NCBI GenBank assembly: GCA_001687465.1
Contig: LVLI01000110.1
Location: 1-64,000, forward strand
Source: Halocafeteria seosinensis
Taxonomy: Eukaryota
Reading direction: 5' to 3'
DNA length: 64,000 bases
The notes below the pieces were generated by a model, which saw only the letters and a list, made by a program, of their open reading frames with translations, was not told where the DNA came from and made no database searches. The translations under genes and the position numbers were made by a program. Positions 62,701-64,000 of the stretch are shown one piece after another. Positions within the stretch are counted from its first letter, which is position 1. Each line of letters opens with the position of its first letter.

Positions 62701-64000
62701 TCGTCCACAGCAAATCTTCTCTTCCCACCACCTATCTTTGCATACACACGATTTTCCCTTGAAAATCGACGCAAAGGGTTCATTGGCTTTCTTCCTTTCG
62801 GTAGCAGATGCTTGGGGCGCAGTGCGGGGCTGTCGTAATGATACCGACGATCGTCCATACTGCGTCGTAATGGATTTCCTTCTTTCTCCCTGTACTCATC
62901 GAGTACTACCTGAGCAGGTGATTCATTTTTCCACATTGCTGTTTTCTTCAGCGAGCCACTCAGCGAAGCGGCAGGACCGTACTTCTTTAGCGCTCCCATA
63001 GAAATCCGACAGGCCGCTGCGCTGGCGGCTTCTGCTCGCTCCACAGTGCCCCTCAAGTTGCGAGACTGAGCGATGTTTTTGTTGCTAGTTGTCAGTTCGT
63101 CTTGCCGTTGCTTTTCTGTAGTATCGAATTCCCTCTCGTTGGTTTCAGGAGGATGGGCCTCCTCTTTTCCCTCAAAATGACCTGCACTATCTGAGCGAGC
63201 AGGGGAATATTCCAATTGAGGAAACACAGATTCTTCTACAGAATCTTTGGTACTAACACGGGCTTCTCTATGAGCATGATCAACGGCTTGATGGCATAGT
63301 GAATCGTTTAGAACAAGATATTGATCCGTATCCAATAAGGATTGAGGAAGTTCGCCAAAACCTACCAGGCTATACTCTGAGTCTAACACCACTGAGAAGT
63401 ACGCCCCTGCGCCAATCTGAGAACCTATGACAAACGAGGTGTTCAGTTCTGTTGTTTCCTCCCCGTTCTTAATTTCGTTCCTCCTTAGGAGAGTGGGCTG
63501 TTGTATACAAGTGACTGTCCCCGTTACCCCCAATTGGCCCTTATGATTCAGCCCCCAACCGTACACGCTCCCTGTTTCCGAGAGTGCTAGAGTATGCGCC
63601 TCTCCACAGGCGATGTCTATGACCGGGGGTGTATCGGTTGATGGCCCAGCCACCGGCATCGGATGAGACATGAATGAAGCGATACCTATTCCTACTTGTC
63701 CACTGGTAGACTCCCCCCAACAATAAACGTCCCCTTCAGATGTGAGTGCGACAGTGTGACGACCTCCGCAACACACTTTTCTCACTTGTATATCTCTCAA
63801 TCCTTGAACAAACTGAGGACCGATCCGACAACCAAACAATGAGTCCTTCTCTGTCTGCTGAGCATCTTTACCCGGATGTGATAAACCAAGCTCCCCGCTA
63901 TAGTTCCGACCCCATGTATAAACTCCTCCGGTATCTGTTAGAGCGACGCTATGATGATTTCCTGCTGCTATCTGTACTACAACGAGCTCCTGTAGCTTTT
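59769..64000 (-). CDS. RCC1-repeat protein with multiple IPT/TIG-like domains (5' end lies beyond the window)
   Basis: The frame is open to the window edge. RCC1 repeats: IAAGNHHSVALTDTGGVYTWG, CCGGRHTVALTSEGDVYCWG, IACGEAHTLALSETGSVYGWG. IPT-like segments: LTHITPRTSSIDGGTVAVLSGPGL, IDRIEPHIVESNAATSVYIRGVGF, SLDGGVTF, SIDNGATW. Confidence 0.85.
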   Translation of the reverse strand, partial: KLQELVVVQIAAGNHHSVALTDTGGVYTWGRNYSGELGLSHPGKDAQQTEKDSLFGCRIGPQFVQGLRDIQVRKVCCGGRHTVALTSEGDVYCWGESTSGQVGIGIASFMSHPMPVAGPSTDTPPVIDIACGEAHTLALSETGSVYGWGLNHKGQLGVTGTVTCIQQPTLLRRNEIKNGEETTELNTSFVIGSQIGAGAYFSVVLDSEYSLVGFGELPQSLLDTDQYLVLNDSLCHQAVDHAHREARVSTKDSVEESVFPQLEYSPARSDSAGHFEGKEEAHPPETNEREFDTTEKQRQDELTTSNKNIAQSRNLRGTVERAEAASAAACRISMGALKKYGPAASLSGSLKKTAMWKNESPAQVVLDEYREKEGNPLRRSMDDRRYHYDSPALRPKHLLPKGRKPMNPLRRFSRENRVYAKIGGGKRRFAVDDDYTNYARPTPTPDAVFHTPHRFSFASYSFRKTSALHAGKHTIAVTSGAELTHITPRTSSIDGGTVAVLSGPGLRTISRVLLRRNVDSFSGQIPSLLRVSKKELLTSDKLGTVAANFRIDEPECSMVRIPDTFVRFSYLHSLELDDSEQGDSLTDGVEDQYAAAYTLSTELNSDIDLECQDQTVVCFIPPGSRASEMGVQLYVRRISAENEVAIDQEASMKETKFAELDINRCVLSSDAVRAEELDAVEGIVHHSYFVTPQFNSIEPSRCTLPPKNICCRISGESTFAVMLSDPHARPFAVALIEYVENQREERENHEADTIENGITQPPERLCVTSEDPSVKANVEVEASETHLVGVRFRLLKGDTEISVTDILPAKFIAHYDEIDEEHDTNEEKLDSSQDMEQNFSEGKFTAVVEVSLPSLTLDRAYLLEPPPARPIPVPVPPNEPSPPSEPRPEETDESQDKDKGGSNKSSRKSSSRSKPGSKTSKRASISEGNDDVKEKWHIYDQCCGYFEHMRSKQSSHENMCAEVDELEEVADRPSGFSLEALVSPCGPQLFPCTQRIEAQPAVIDRIEPHIVESNAATSVYIRGVGFSENPIVKLECDSFIEGYKQVDVSAQTVNAHSICVSIPDCSSFLKRPAKVTSSADDGENADVHNDEEGAVPDDERDAQEEQHQDEEDTDEIDGKALSPSCVAANLKLSLDGGVTFVEQFTQSSSSTFYLYSGVFECSSQCFVDPKEGGKVVLKACPATDWFGEHINPENIRVRLRSIDGSLSVNNWDQVAMDTTNQTLSVFLPSLHVLNWLAQTNLEASTPSILCMDVSLNGFGYVTVSESVKTPLALLWDPNKHITVTGVGPKKLALGGEISIETKGWGTLPQDDNLSIPQSALIERFQFVTLLTGAEDVPSFTVQLTLGEDSHNALMESGETTGQLTFTGNLPESAQECPTGNVEVYFSIDNGATWLDTTTQIKIPAPGKKK

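Overview
This is gene-dense eukaryotic nuclear DNA in the standard genetic code, with short canonical GT-AG introns (mostly ~55-130 nt). It probably comes from a protist; SAR/stramenopile affinity is only an inference from the GPI type and gene style. I find about 21 protein-coding genes and two tRNA genes (Ala-AGC, Glu-CTC), and no clear mobile element, rRNA or CRISPR array. Recognisable genes are TRAPPC8, a GYF_2-containing HTATSF1/CUS2, ataxin-2, peroxisomal MFE-2, an ACC-synthase-like PLP enzyme, a NEK kinase, TRAPPC6, a CAMK-group kinase, neurochondrin, Mpv17/PMP22, MRG15/Eaf3, GPI and an RCC1+IPT/TIG protein cut by the window end. The most notable observation is a multi-exon gene at 38650-42173 that the ORF track fragments. 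Spliced by hand, it has the motifs and layout of the meiotic chromosome-axis core proteins SYCP2/Red1/Rec10. Other highlights are a tandem pair of intronless paralogous type I membrane proteins with contrasting ectodomain charge, and an EF-hand/ARM/PB1/EF-hand/RGG fusion protein. All exon structures were inferred by eye and all family comparisons are from memory, so they need HMM and RNA-seq confirmation.
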